From Promethearchaeota archaeon (GTDB taxonomy: Archaea; Asgardarchaeota; Lokiarchaeia; Sigyniarchaeales; SOKP01): 64,000 nt of DNA. Within the stretch, counting starts at the first letter, position 1. Every line of letters begins with the position of its first letter. The translations under genes and the position numbers were made by a program. Below, one piece after another: positions 9,188 to 18,517 of the stretch. Location of the stretch: assembly GCA_019058365.1 (NCBI GenBank), contig JAHPZE010000009.1, positions 1-64,000 of the forward strand. The letters run 5' to 3'. Below the pieces are notes generated by a model, which was given only the letters and a program-made list of their open reading frames with translations, had not been told where the DNA came from and searched no databases.

Positions 9188-10210
9188 TTAAAATACCTCC
9201 CACTTTCCACATCTGCTGCCCCAACGAGCAATTACTTTATTTTCATCTTGAGGCATTTTAACTTGGACGATTTCGCAATTGTTAGGGCAATCCCCGCAGT
9301 GGAATGTTGATGTTTTGAATTCTATATCCCCTACATCAAGACCTCTGAATAAAGTCTCTGTAGGGTTATCTAAATAAAAATCTCTAACAAGGATTGCCAT
9401 ACCTAATGCTCCCATTAAAACATTATATTTCGGTACGATTACTTCACAACCCAAGTGTCTTTCAAAAGCTTGAATAATACCTTTATTATAGGATACTCCT
9501 CCTTGGAAAACTATTGGTTCGTTTAATTCCTTTCCCTTAGATAAATTATTCATATAATTTCTAACTAATGAATCACATAAGCCAGCTATAATGTCCTCTT
9601 TAGAATACCCTGCATTTTGTTTATGGATCATATCAGACTCAGCAAATACCGTACATCTTCCCGCGATGCTCACGGGATTTTTAGATTTCACAGCATAATC
9701 TCCAAACTGTTCAATCGGAATACCCAATCTAGATGCCTGATGATCAAGAAAAGAGCCAGTACCAGCAGCACATACTGAATTCATCGCAAAATCTACAATT
9801 ATACCATCACGCAAAATGATGATTTTAGAATCTTGTCCACCAATTTCTAAGATAGTACTTACATCAGGATACAAAGATTGAGTTGCGACTGCGTGTGCAA
9901 TAATTTCTGTTTTCGCAAGATCTCCCCCTACAATAGCTTTCGTTAAATATCTTGCTGAGCCAGTAGTTCCGCAACAACGTATTGCGTATTCTTGTAGTTC
10001 TTCACTTTGTTCGACTTTTTCTCTTAAATCTTCCATACCTGCCTTAGCAGAGTCGATAGGAGACCCTCTATTACGTAAGAATACACTTGTGAGGACATTA
10101 CCATCAAGATCCATTAAAACAAATTTACACGTAACACTTCCTATATCAATTCCAAGAAAAGCATCAAGTTTTCCGTCTTCTTTAGCTACGTCATCTGAAA
10201 CTTGTACCAT
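9188..10210 (-). CDS. Stand-alone acyl-CoA dehydratase activase (HgdC/BadF-type ASKHA ATPase, 4Fe-4S)
   Basis: GIDIGS, EIGGQDSK, MNSVCAAGTGSFL, RCTVFAESD and a C-terminal CxxCxxxC...RCG. Confidence 0.92.
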   Translation of the reverse strand: MVQVSDDVAKEDGKLDAFLGIDIGSVTCKFVLMDLDGNVLTSVFLRNRGSPIDSAKAGMEDLREKVEQSEELQEYAIRCCGTTGSARYLTKAIVGGDLAKTEIIAHAVATQSLYPDVSTILEIGGQDSKIIILRDGIIVDFAMNSVCAAGTGSFLDHQASRLGIPIEQFGDYAVKSKNPVSIAGRCTVFAESDMIHKQNAGYSKEDIIAGLCDSLVRNYMNNLSKGKELNEPIVFQGGVSYNKGIIQAFERHLGCEVIVPKYNVLMGALGMAILVRDFYLDNPTETLFRGLDVGDIEFKTSTFHCGDCPNNCEIVQVKMPQDENKVIARWGSRCGKWEVF

Positions 10211-10223
10211 AATTACACCTTTA

Positions 10224-11414
10224 TTATGTCTGAATTAATTGAATACACTCCTGAAAAAATTGTGATCCATTTGATCTATAAAAATTCATCTTATTATCTT
10301 CAAGTGAGATCTTTTCAAGCCCTAATTTATGCTTACGTCTTGATTCCATTAGATCTACAAATGCTTCTAATCTCGTCCTCATTCCCTCAGTACCAGAATG
10401 CTCATCAAAAGAGAAATATATAATCGGAAGATCATATAATTGCTTAAGTTTATTTGTAATAATAGTCCGCGCAGTTACTTCGGGCATACAAGTGAACGGG
10501 TAACAATGAACAGCCCCATCAAAACCACTTTTTGCACGATCTATGTATTCTCCTAGTACCCACTGGCATTCACCTCCAATATCCATAGGAACATAAGGTC
10601 TTGAAAGATGTTCTAACCATCTTCGATGAAAATTCAAATGGAATTTATGTGAAATCCAATCCCATAAACTTAAATTTTGATGGATCTCTACACCCATTTC
10701 TCCAAGCTTACGTCTAATATCTACATTAACATATGGTTCTAAGCTTATATGAATTTCACCAAATATAGCTACCCTTAAAGGAGTTCGAGTTTTGTCGATA
10801 TCAATTTTATTAAAATCTTCTTTAATTACTTTTTTGAAATTTCGTAGTTCTTTAAGAGTGTTAGCCTGATCAAGTTTATCTAAAACATTATTTAATACAT
10901 CAGTAGTATCTCCTTGATTTCGTTCATATGCTCGGAATAAACCTTCTGCAGTTTGAATATCTTGTAAAAGTTTTGCTTTCTTCAAGAAAAAAATCACTGC
11001 TTTTACGAATCTTGGATAAGCAAATAGACCACTTTTACCACTAATGTCTTGGAGAGTATTTACCCAATGAAATTCTAGTAAATCTGCTTGATCTAATGGA
11101 ATTATTCTCACATGTTTATAACCCATATCATGCAAAATACGTTCTTGTACCGCGTGATAAAAACCAAAACGACAAGGTCCACAATCTATAGCCATTACTA
11201 AAGTATCAGCCCCTTTTTTAATAGCGTTCACAAAATCTCCTAATGTTGCTTTAAATGGGAAGCATACAAACTCTGGACTATATTTTACGCCGACTTTGAT
11301 GGCTTCTCTATTAGTTGGATCAGGTAGGATCACTTTTATGGATGGATCTAAAACTTCGAACAATGTTTTAAACGCTACCCAATTGGGGCCCATATTCGGG
11401 AAGGAAAGAATCAT
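10224..11414 (-). CDS. PlsR/COG3581-like reductase subunit (2-hydroxyacyl-CoA dehydratase superfamily)
   Basis: PEFVCFPFK, GPCRFGFY, PFTCMPE and DEHSG...TRLEAF. Confidence 0.85.
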   Translation of the reverse strand: MILSFPNMGPNWVAFKTLFEVLDPSIKVILPDPTNREAIKVGVKYSPEFVCFPFKATLGDFVNAIKKGADTLVMAIDCGPCRFGFYHAVQERILHDMGYKHVRIIPLDQADLLEFHWVNTLQDISGKSGLFAYPRFVKAVIFFLKKAKLLQDIQTAEGLFRAYERNQGDTTDVLNNVLDKLDQANTLKELRNFKKVIKEDFNKIDIDKTRTPLRVAIFGEIHISLEPYVNVDIRRKLGEMGVEIHQNLSLWDWISHKFHLNFHRRWLEHLSRPYVPMDIGGECQWVLGEYIDRAKSGFDGAVHCYPFTCMPEVTARTIITNKLKQLYDLPIIYFSFDEHSGTEGMRTRLEAFVDLMESRRKHKLGLEKISLEDNKMNFYRSNGSQFFQECIQLIQT

Positions 11415-11452
11415 ATATAGTTGATCTCCTTAATCGTTTTTACTTTTGAACG

Positions 11453-11468
11453 ATTGATTATAATCAAT
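11453..11468. promoter_or_regulatory. Perfect 16-bp palindrome ATTGATTATAATCAAT, candidate operator
   Basis: Lies between a minus-strand TATA-like element (~11491-11499) and the 11414 start. Confidence 0.4.
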
Positions 11469-11751
11469 GATTATTAGTATTGACGTTTACTTAAATAAAT
11501 CTTTGTTTAAATAACAAAGCAAATAATAAAAATGTACCCATTATAAACAAATTATCAAAAGTATGAAATCTTTTATTAAAAATCTTTGTTTTGGTTAATA
11601 AATTTGAAGGGAACTGTTTTATTCTGTTTTACTTAATAAAGATTCAAGTAATAAATAATTGAAATTAAAAGATAAAAATATTAGGCTATTTTACTATTAG
11701 ATGATTACATAAGATTAGTTTTAAGTATTAATATTAATAGAAGGGAATCTA

Positions 11752-11979
11752 TTGAAAAAACAATTTAATATTGTCATAAAACAGGATGAGGACGGATACT
11801 ACATTGGTAGCGTCCCCGAATTGCCCGGTTGTCATACACAAGCAAAATCTTTAGATGAATTAAATAAAAGAATTGTTGAAGCGATAGAACTATATCTTGA
11901 AGTTGATAAAGATCGGATAAATAAGTCAATTAAATTCATTGGATTTCAAAAAGTTAGGGGTTCCTTTGAAGAAGCTTAA
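11752..11979 (+). CDS. hicB: HicB-family antitoxin (short form)
   Basis: DEDGYYIGSVPELPGCHTQAKSLDEL...EAIELYL. Confidence 0.9.
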   Translation: MKKQFNIVIKQDEDGYYIGSVPELPGCHTQAKSLDELNKRIVEAIELYLEVDKDRINKSIKFIGFQKVRGSFEEA

Positions 11980-12130
11980 CCCTATCGCTTCAGACAAATT
12001 AATCAAAATTCTTAAAAAGCGTGGATTTAAAGAGATCAGACAAAAAGGTTCACATAAATTTTTTCGCGATTCAGAAGGGAAAACTACTATACTTCCTTAT
12101 CATAAGGAGAGAAATGATTCAGGATATTAA
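11966..12130 (+). pseudogene. hicA: HicA-family toxin, C-terminally truncated
   Basis: LIKILKKRGF..RQKGSH...TILPYH is followed by an early stop. The TTG start overlaps the hicB end. Confidence 0.7.
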
Positions 12131-12475
12131 GAGTTTAACAATTAGACTTCCCCCTACGATAACTACTATCATAATTAATAAAATTATAAATAATATCGCT
12201 ATGCTTTGTGCTTGCAATGCTGCGGAATATTTAGCAAGTGCTTCATAGTACATTTTCTCGCCTTCGATAATATCATCTCCTAATCCCCCTGTAACTTCCC
12301 AAAATGTAATTTTTTCTGCCCACTGTCTGTTCTCATTCATTATATCTTTTTGGTTATCTATAATTATCTGTTTATTATTGATTTCAAATAAACTTAAAAT
12401 GATTAATATACCTGCGGTAAGTATTATCAAAAAACTTAACCCCAGAATTAATGGTTTTTTTCTAATCTCTTTCAT
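12119..12475 (-). CDS. Hypothetical 2-TM membrane protein
   Basis: 118 aa with N- and C-terminal hydrophobic helices. Confidence 0.6.
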   Translation of the reverse strand: MKEIRKKPLILGLSFLIILTAGILIILSLFEINNKQIIIDNQKDIMNENRQWAEKITFWEVTGGLGDDIIEGEKMYYEALAKYSAALQAQSIAILFIILLIMIVVIVGGSLIVKLLIS

Positions 12476-12727
12476 GTTTTACACTAAAGCTAATAATATA
12501 TATACATCGAGTGCATATGGTTGTAATAATTATTTAAGAATTGTTTGTTATTAATTTTATTTATCTTCAAGTTTATCATTTAGAATGGATTTTAAAGGCT
12601 GTAAAATGATTTCAAAAAGAAAACTGAATAATTTTGTTGACAAATGTTTTTATACATATTGTTTTACTAAATATATTGTTGATCAATCAACACTTAAATT
12701 AAAGAATTAAAGGAATGATGCTAAAGT

Positions 12728-13495
12728 TTGAGTTCTAAGTTAGAAAAAGAAAAAAAAAAAGGTAAAAAAGAAAAAAAGAAGAAGTTAATGGTTCAAGAAA
12801 TAAATGACGATACGGAAGTTCAGGAAATAACAAAAAAAAGTAATATTTTTTCTATGTTAAACAAGCTTGACGATATAGACAAGGCTAAGGGTCAATTGGA
12901 AGAGAATAAATTAAGAAAAGGTATAATCGAAAGTGAACAATTAGATAAAACAGAGAAAATAGAAGCTGAAAAGTTAGATTTTAATACAATCAGAAAAGAA
13001 ATAGAAAAATTAAATGAACTTAAAAATCGCTACTTTACTAAAGGAGAATATGATAAAGCCATTGAAATCTCTGAAAAAATAATTGTTATTGCATTCTCAA
13101 ATAAATTAAAGTCATTAGTAAATGAAGAGAATAAGTTTTTAAAGCTTATGCGAAATAAAAAAATTCAAGCAACTGCCAATACAGAAATTCTTGTAAAAGA
13201 TAAAGTGATAAATGCCATCAAGAAAGAACAAATAGAGAATCTTACTACTAAACAAGAAGAAGATCTAAAATTAGATTTAATAGAAGTTCAAGAAAACCAA
13301 AAATTAAAAGAAGAGAAATTAAAATTTAAAGAAGAAAAAGACAAATTTGAACATGAGAAACTAGAATTTGAAGAAGAAAAAGATAAATTTGAACAAGAGA
13401 AACTAAAATTTGAAGAGGAAAAAGAGGCTTTTAAATGGGAAAAACAAATGTTTGCAGAAGTAAAAAAATTTGAAAGAGACAAAGAGGCTCTTTAG
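12728..13495 (+). CDS. Charged coiled-coil protein with a TPR-like helix pair
   Basis: K/E-rich; YFTKGEYDKAIEISEK; C-terminal heptad repeats. Confidence 0.7.
   Translation: MSSKLEKEKKKGKKEKKKKLMVQEINDDTEVQEITKKSNIFSMLNKLDDIDKAKGQLEENKLRKGIIESEQLDKTEKIEAEKLDFNTIRKEIEKLNELKNRYFTKGEYDKAIEISEKIIVIAFSNKLKSLVNEENKFLKLMRNKKIQATANTEILVKDKVINAIKKEQIENLTTKQEEDLKLDLIEVQENQKLKEEKLKFKEEKDKFEHEKLEFEEEKDKFEQEKLKFEEEKEAFKWEKQMFAEVKKFERDKEAL
13313..13438 (+). repeat. Three imperfect 42-bp tandem repeats (EKLxFxEEKDKFEx)
   Basis: Units start at 13313, 13355 and 13397. Confidence 0.85.
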
Positions 13496-13558
13496 CTTAT
13501 TTTTTTAAGGTATTAATATACTAAAGAAATATTATTTTATAAAAACAATGCCTAATTA

Positions 13559-14443
13559 TTGTTTTTTAATATAGAATTATTAATGTCACAAGGATTAACA
13601 TTTATGTCATCTAGAATGAAAATTATATTTGGAGATTGGCGTTTAGGCAGAATTCTCATGTTTATTTTTATAACAAGTTCAGTTTCATTTGGGTTGGGAG
13701 GTTCACTGATAAATATTCTACTAGCAGGCTTAGTGGGAGCAACTTTATCAGCGGGGGGATTTTTCTTTGATTATCTTGGAGATTATAATAATGATCGTGA
13801 ATCTGGCTACTTAAAAAATCCTATAGCTAAAGGTAAATTATCTCCAAGAGGAGGTCTTATAATTATTATCTCGTGTTTTACTATGAGTAGTGTAACGTGT
13901 ATAATAATAAATCCTTGGGCACTTATCCCGTTAGTATGTTTAATAGGGGTTATTGGTGGCTTGGTACAAGGATTATTTGATTCTGCTCTCTTGCGTGCCT
14001 TCAGTTTAGGAATTCTTCAAGGATTCTATGTTCTGATTGGTGCTCTTTTTGCCTATAAATTTGAATTAAGTGTGATACTTTTAGCATTATTTCTGTTTTT
14101 TGCTATGACTGGAGCAAGAGTACTTGGAGACACAAGAGATCTCCCTTATGATCAGAAAATTGATACGAATACAATTCCTAAAAAATATGGAATTCAATGG
14201 GGGGGATACTTTCTTTTAATAAATGAATTAATAGCTTATATTATTGGAATAGTAATTTACTTACTAGGTTTATTTGGTATTGGGTACCTGATTTGCATGA
14301 TTAGTATTATTGTTATTGGGGTTCCATTAAATTTATTGTTTATTATTCGACCATCACCAAAAATAGCACGAACTATAAATGTATTATCTTTAGCTATTTT
14401 AGGCTCATTATTTGTATTAGCAATGTTTATAGGAAAGTTATAA
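13559..14443 (+). CDS. UbiA-family prenyltransferase
   Basis: DYLGDYNND...NPIAKG and GDTRDLPYD...TIPKKYG Asp-rich motifs; multi-TM. The true start may be a later Met. Confidence 0.85.
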   Translation: MFFNIELLMSQGLTFMSSRMKIIFGDWRLGRILMFIFITSSVSFGLGGSLINILLAGLVGATLSAGGFFFDYLGDYNNDRESGYLKNPIAKGKLSPRGGLIIIISCFTMSSVTCIIINPWALIPLVCLIGVIGGLVQGLFDSALLRAFSLGILQGFYVLIGALFAYKFELSVILLALFLFFAMTGARVLGDTRDLPYDQKIDTNTIPKKYGIQWGGYFLLINELIAYIIGIVIYLLGLFGIGYLICMISIIVIGVPLNLLFIIRPSPKIARTINVLSLAILGSLFVLAMFIGKL

Positions 14444-14514
14444 TTACCATGTTTTATACATTATTTAAATAGAAATAAAATAAGAAGAAAAATTCTTTTT
14501 ATGAATAACTCAAT

Positions 14515-15318
14515 TTATCCTTTATTTACATAATCCAGAAATGCTCTAACTACCATTTTAAATCTTGGATCGGGAACAACAGTTAGATGGTCTTTTCCTT
14601 GGATTTGGAAGTGACAAGCATTTGGTACCAATTGAGCTATTAATGTTTTATCTCCTGGAATAAAATCATCAGATCCTAAAACAGTTAAAATTGGTGTTTT
14701 TACTTTTTTAAAAGAAGTTTTTGATTGAGAAGGAGATCCTACCAAGTCAGGTGTTTCTTGAAAGGTTCCCGCCATGACTGCAGCTAAAGCATTTAGATCA
14801 TTACCACCAATTTCAGCAAATTGACGAAATCTACGAGCAATAGGATCTTTAATATGATCAATACTTTCTGCTTTAAATGCTTCTATTCTTAGAAGTGTAT
14901 TTTCCCTGTAAAGAGTTCTTTCTTTTTCATTTTGAGGTAAATATAATACAAAACCTCCTAATATAGCTGATATAAAAAGTTCTGGTTTTTGTAATAATAA
15001 CTGGGATGTAATTAATGCTCCCATAGAATACCCAAAGAAATTGGCTTTTCCAATTGATAAATTTTCCATCAGAATAATAACATCACTTATCATTTTGTCA
15101 TGTCCATAAAAAGAATCTTCATGTGGTTTATCACTTTTTCCATGACCACGGCAATCTAAAAGAATTAAACGATAGTTATCTTTTAATGTGCTTATCCATT
15201 TTGTGTGTTTCCAATTCTGTTCTATATTTGAAGCAAAACCATGAATCATTAATATAGGCGGACCTTCACCTACAGTTTCATAATATATATTAACTCCATC
15301 ATTATTGAAATAAGGCAT
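14515..15318 (-). CDS. Alpha/beta hydrolase
   Basis: HGF, DCRGHGKS, GYSMG nucleophile, late Asp and His. Confidence 0.92.
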   Translation of the reverse strand: MPYFNNDGVNIYYETVGEGPPILMIHGFASNIEQNWKHTKWISTLKDNYRLILLDCRGHGKSDKPHEDSFYGHDKMISDVIILMENLSIGKANFFGYSMGALITSQLLLQKPELFISAILGGFVLYLPQNEKERTLYRENTLLRIEAFKAESIDHIKDPIARRFRQFAEIGGNDLNALAAVMAGTFQETPDLVGSPSQSKTSFKKVKTPILTVLGSDDFIPGDKTLIAQLVPNACHFQIQGKDHLTVVPDPRFKMVVRAFLDYVNKG

Positions 15319-15350
15319 TTAGATATTTCACCTCTTAATCTAATTTAATA

Positions 15351-15626
15351 TTATTCTCTTACCCTTTTCAATTCAATTTTCACAGCATTAGTTCTATCTG
15401 GGCATTCAAGTTCCATTACATCAGGATCTTCGACCCATGTAGCAGGAAATTCTCCTCCAAATTGAAGCATCATAAGATTAGGAAATATATCATGGTAAAA
15501 AAATCCACACAATCCTCCTGAGTCATGGCAATCTAACTCTATTTCATCTCCTACTTTATGATTTTTATTACAAAATCCTTTTACTTCTTTTATAGTTCCA
15601 ATAATTTGAAATCCTACTCGTGGCAT
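15351..15626 (-). CDS. TIGR04076-family Cys-rich protein
   Basis: KGFC...HKVGD, GLC, and CPD..NAVKIEL. Confidence 0.75.
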   Translation of the reverse strand: MPRVGFQIIGTIKEVKGFCNKNHKVGDEIELDCHDSGGLCGFFYHDIFPNLMMLQFGGEFPATWVEDPDVMELECPDRTNAVKIELKRVRE

Positions 15627-15740
15627 ACTTATAACCTTTTCAAAATCTAATTTTAAATATTTGAAGGTTTTATTATATTTATTGTTATTTTACAATTAAT
15701 TTAAGTTAATTCGTATACTTTATCATTTAAAGCGATATCA

Positions 15741-17231
15741 ATGGTAAATTTAGCAGATCTAGAACAACCTCATGTTTTCTGGGAATATTTTTTACAAATA
15801 TTAGAAATTCCTAGGTGTAGTCGAAATGAAGAAAAAATAAGAAATTTTATTAAAAAAGAAGCAGAAAATTTTGGGTTTAATTCAAAAATCGATGACATAG
15901 GAAATATTGCTGTAAAGATTCCCGCTATTAATCAAAAACTAAATTGTGTTTTACAGTGCCATATGGATATGGTATGTGAGAAGAATGAGGATGTTATTCA
16001 TGACTTCTCAAAAGATCCTTTAAAACCTAAAATAATCGATATTGAAGGTGAAAAATGGATTACAGCAGAAGGAACTACTTTAGGTGCAGATAACGGTGTA
16101 GGAGTATGCTTTCTCTTAACTCTTATGAAAAAAATTCACAACAACGAGTTAAAGTTCGATACAATAGGTTTAGATTTATTGTTTACTGTTCGTGAAGAAT
16201 ATGATATGGGTGGGGCAAAAAATGTTGATCCGAATCTTGTTCACGGAAATTACCTAATCAATCTTGATTCTGGTCAAAAAGCGATTACAATCGGATGCAC
16301 AGGGGGCATTGGATTTCATACAAGAATAAAAAAAAAATCTATTTTAATAGATCGAGGAAAATTAAAACTCTCCCCCATAAAACTTTCCATTTCTGGATTA
16401 TGTGGTGGACATTCTGGAAGATGCAATGAAGGCCAAGCCCATGCAATTAGTATATTATCTCAAATCCTTTGGAAATTGAATAAAAAGTATAAAATCCATG
16501 TTAATTCTATAAATGGAGGAGGTGCTGCTAACGCAATACCTAGAGAAGCGAACTCAGCTTTTTTTATTAAAGAAGACCAGTTTGAAGAAATCAAATTATA
16601 TTTATTAGAGATTTTCAAAGAAATTAAAAAACTTTTTAACGGAATCGAAATGGATATTGATATTACGATCGACAAAATAAAAGACTTTACGAGTAATGAA
16701 ACTTTCTCAAAAGAAGTTCAAAATAAATTACTCGATCTTTTATATATCTTCCCTAATGGTCCGATTGCATTCCATCCTAAAATAAAAGACTTGATGTTTA
16801 CTTCAACAAATTTAGGTAAAATAAGGACAAAAGAAGATCACATTAAAATTAGATGGCTCCATCGAAGCTTAAGCAGCTATTATAATAATGATATTTATGA
16901 ACAAGTTTTAGAATTATTAAATCTTTCAGGTCTAGAGATGGAACATAAGTACCGTGGAAGTTATCCTCCTTGGGAACCAAATTTTAATTCTAAACTCCTG
17001 AAAATCGCTAAAGAAGCCTATAAAGATGTAAATAATGAAGATGCAGAAATGAGAATTATTCATGGTGGATTAGAAGCTACATTATTAATCGATAAAATCT
17101 CTGGAATTGAAGCAATAGCTTTCGGTGCCAATTCTAAAGGACTTCACTCTCCAGATGAGCGGTTAGAAATTAAATCAGTAGAAACAACTTGGAATTTTCT
17201 CATACATCTACTTAAGAAAATGGATACATAA
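15741..17231 (+). CDS. pepD: Aminoacyl-histidine dipeptidase (M20C)
   Basis: HMDMVCEK, TTLGADNG, GGHSG, IHGGLE and HSPDE. Confidence 0.92.
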   Translation: MVNLADLEQPHVFWEYFLQILEIPRCSRNEEKIRNFIKKEAENFGFNSKIDDIGNIAVKIPAINQKLNCVLQCHMDMVCEKNEDVIHDFSKDPLKPKIIDIEGEKWITAEGTTLGADNGVGVCFLLTLMKKIHNNELKFDTIGLDLLFTVREEYDMGGAKNVDPNLVHGNYLINLDSGQKAITIGCTGGIGFHTRIKKKSILIDRGKLKLSPIKLSISGLCGGHSGRCNEGQAHAISILSQILWKLNKKYKIHVNSINGGGAANAIPREANSAFFIKEDQFEEIKLYLLEIFKEIKKLFNGIEMDIDITIDKIKDFTSNETFSKEVQNKLLDLLYIFPNGPIAFHPKIKDLMFTSTNLGKIRTKEDHIKIRWLHRSLSSYYNNDIYEQVLELLNLSGLEMEHKYRGSYPPWEPNFNSKLLKIAKEAYKDVNNEDAEMRIIHGGLEATLLIDKISGIEAIAFGANSKGLHSPDERLEIKSVETTWNFLIHLLKKMDT

Positions 17232-17244
17232 TAAGGAATGTATC

Positions 17245-17967
17245 ATGGAAGATATCTCTAAGATTGCTATTATATCAGATATTCATGCAAATAAATATGC
17301 TTTAAACAGATTTCTTCATTACATAGAAGAAAACTATCAAGCTGAAAAAATTTTGAACTTAGGAGATTTCGTTCACATTGGTCCGCACCCCAAGGAAGTA
17401 GCGCAAATTATTTTCAGCGATAACAGATTCGAAAATATTATTGGTAATAATGAAATGATTATTCTGGGAAGACATGAGGCTCCTCAGAGCGTAGAGTCCC
17501 ATAGTACTTGGACAATAAATCAACTTGGAAAAGATCTTATGGCAAAAATACAAAACACACCTACTTCTAAAACATTTATTATTAATGGGAAAAAAATTTT
17601 AATGCTCCATTCACATTTTTATGATATCCCAGGTCGATCAGTTCAAGATAATCTTTTAATCTACCAAGGAAAAACTCTGGAAGAATTTTTAAATGACTAT
17701 CCTAAAGATGTAGATATAGTTTTAGTAGGGCACTCTCACGAACAATTATATATTTCATGGGAAGGGAAGAAAATCATAAATCCTGGCTCGATTAGCATTA
17801 ATTGGGCACCAAAAGTCTCCTTTTGTTTAATGGACCTTGATTCAGAAAACATGAATATAGCATTTAAAAATATCCCGTATGATACTTCAAAATTAAAAGA
17901 AGATTATAATCAGCGAAATGTTCCGCACCGAGAATTTTTAATGAAATATTTTTATCCTTTTCTCTAA
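17245..17967 (+). CDS. Calcineurin-like metallophosphoesterase
   Basis: SDIHAN, LGD, GNNE, GHSH and NPGS. Confidence 0.9.
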   Translation: MEDISKIAIISDIHANKYALNRFLHYIEENYQAEKILNLGDFVHIGPHPKEVAQIIFSDNRFENIIGNNEMIILGRHEAPQSVESHSTWTINQLGKDLMAKIQNTPTSKTFIINGKKILMLHSHFYDIPGRSVQDNLLIYQGKTLEEFLNDYPKDVDIVLVGHSHEQLYISWEGKKIINPGSISINWAPKVSFCLMDLDSENMNIAFKNIPYDTSKLKEDYNQRNVPHREFLMKYFYPFL

Positions 17968-18008
17968 TAATGGAAAATCTTTTTTTTACTCTATTTCTCT
18001 AAATTAAT

Positions 18009-18515
18009 ATGGAAATCATAAATCGTGAATTAATTGATTTTAAAGAAAGAAAATTTCCAGAAGAAATCTGTTTTAGGCCAATAGGTATTATTCACACACC
18101 ATTCAAGAAACTTAAAGGCATCCCAATTCAATCATCAATGTCAGATATAAAAGGGATAATTGAGATTTTTCATGAATATCAATTAGGTCTAAAAGATCTT
18201 CAAGGATTTTCTCATCTTTACTGCTTATATTTTTTTGATATGGTAAAACTGCCTGTTCCTCTTCAGTCAAAACCTTTTTTAGATAATGAAGTGAAAGGAG
18301 TGTTCGCTATTCGAACACCATTCCGACCTAATCCTATTGGGCTTTCAATCCTCGAGATAAATGGGATTAAAGAGAATAAGATTGAAGTCAATAATGTTGA
18401 TATTTTAGATGAAACTCCTATACTGGATATAAAACCATATGCTTCACAATTTGATAATTTTAAAACAACTAAAATTGGCTGGCTCAAAGGGAAAATAAAG
18501 AAAAAAATTAGCTAA
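18009..18515 (+). CDS. trmO: tRNA m6t6A37 methyltransferase TrmO/TsaA
   Basis: PIGIIHTPF, GVFAIRTPFRPNPIGLS and TPILDIKPY. Confidence 0.9.
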   Translation: MEIINRELIDFKERKFPEEICFRPIGIIHTPFKKLKGIPIQSSMSDIKGIIEIFHEYQLGLKDLQGFSHLYCLYFFDMVKLPVPLQSKPFLDNEVKGVFAIRTPFRPNPIGLSILEINGIKENKIEVNNVDILDETPILDIKPYASQFDNFKTTKIGWLKGKIKKKIS

Positions 18516-18517
18516 TA

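Noticed and set aside
13313-13438. Repeats as a CRISPR array
   Set aside because: They are contiguous in-frame coding repeats with no spacers.
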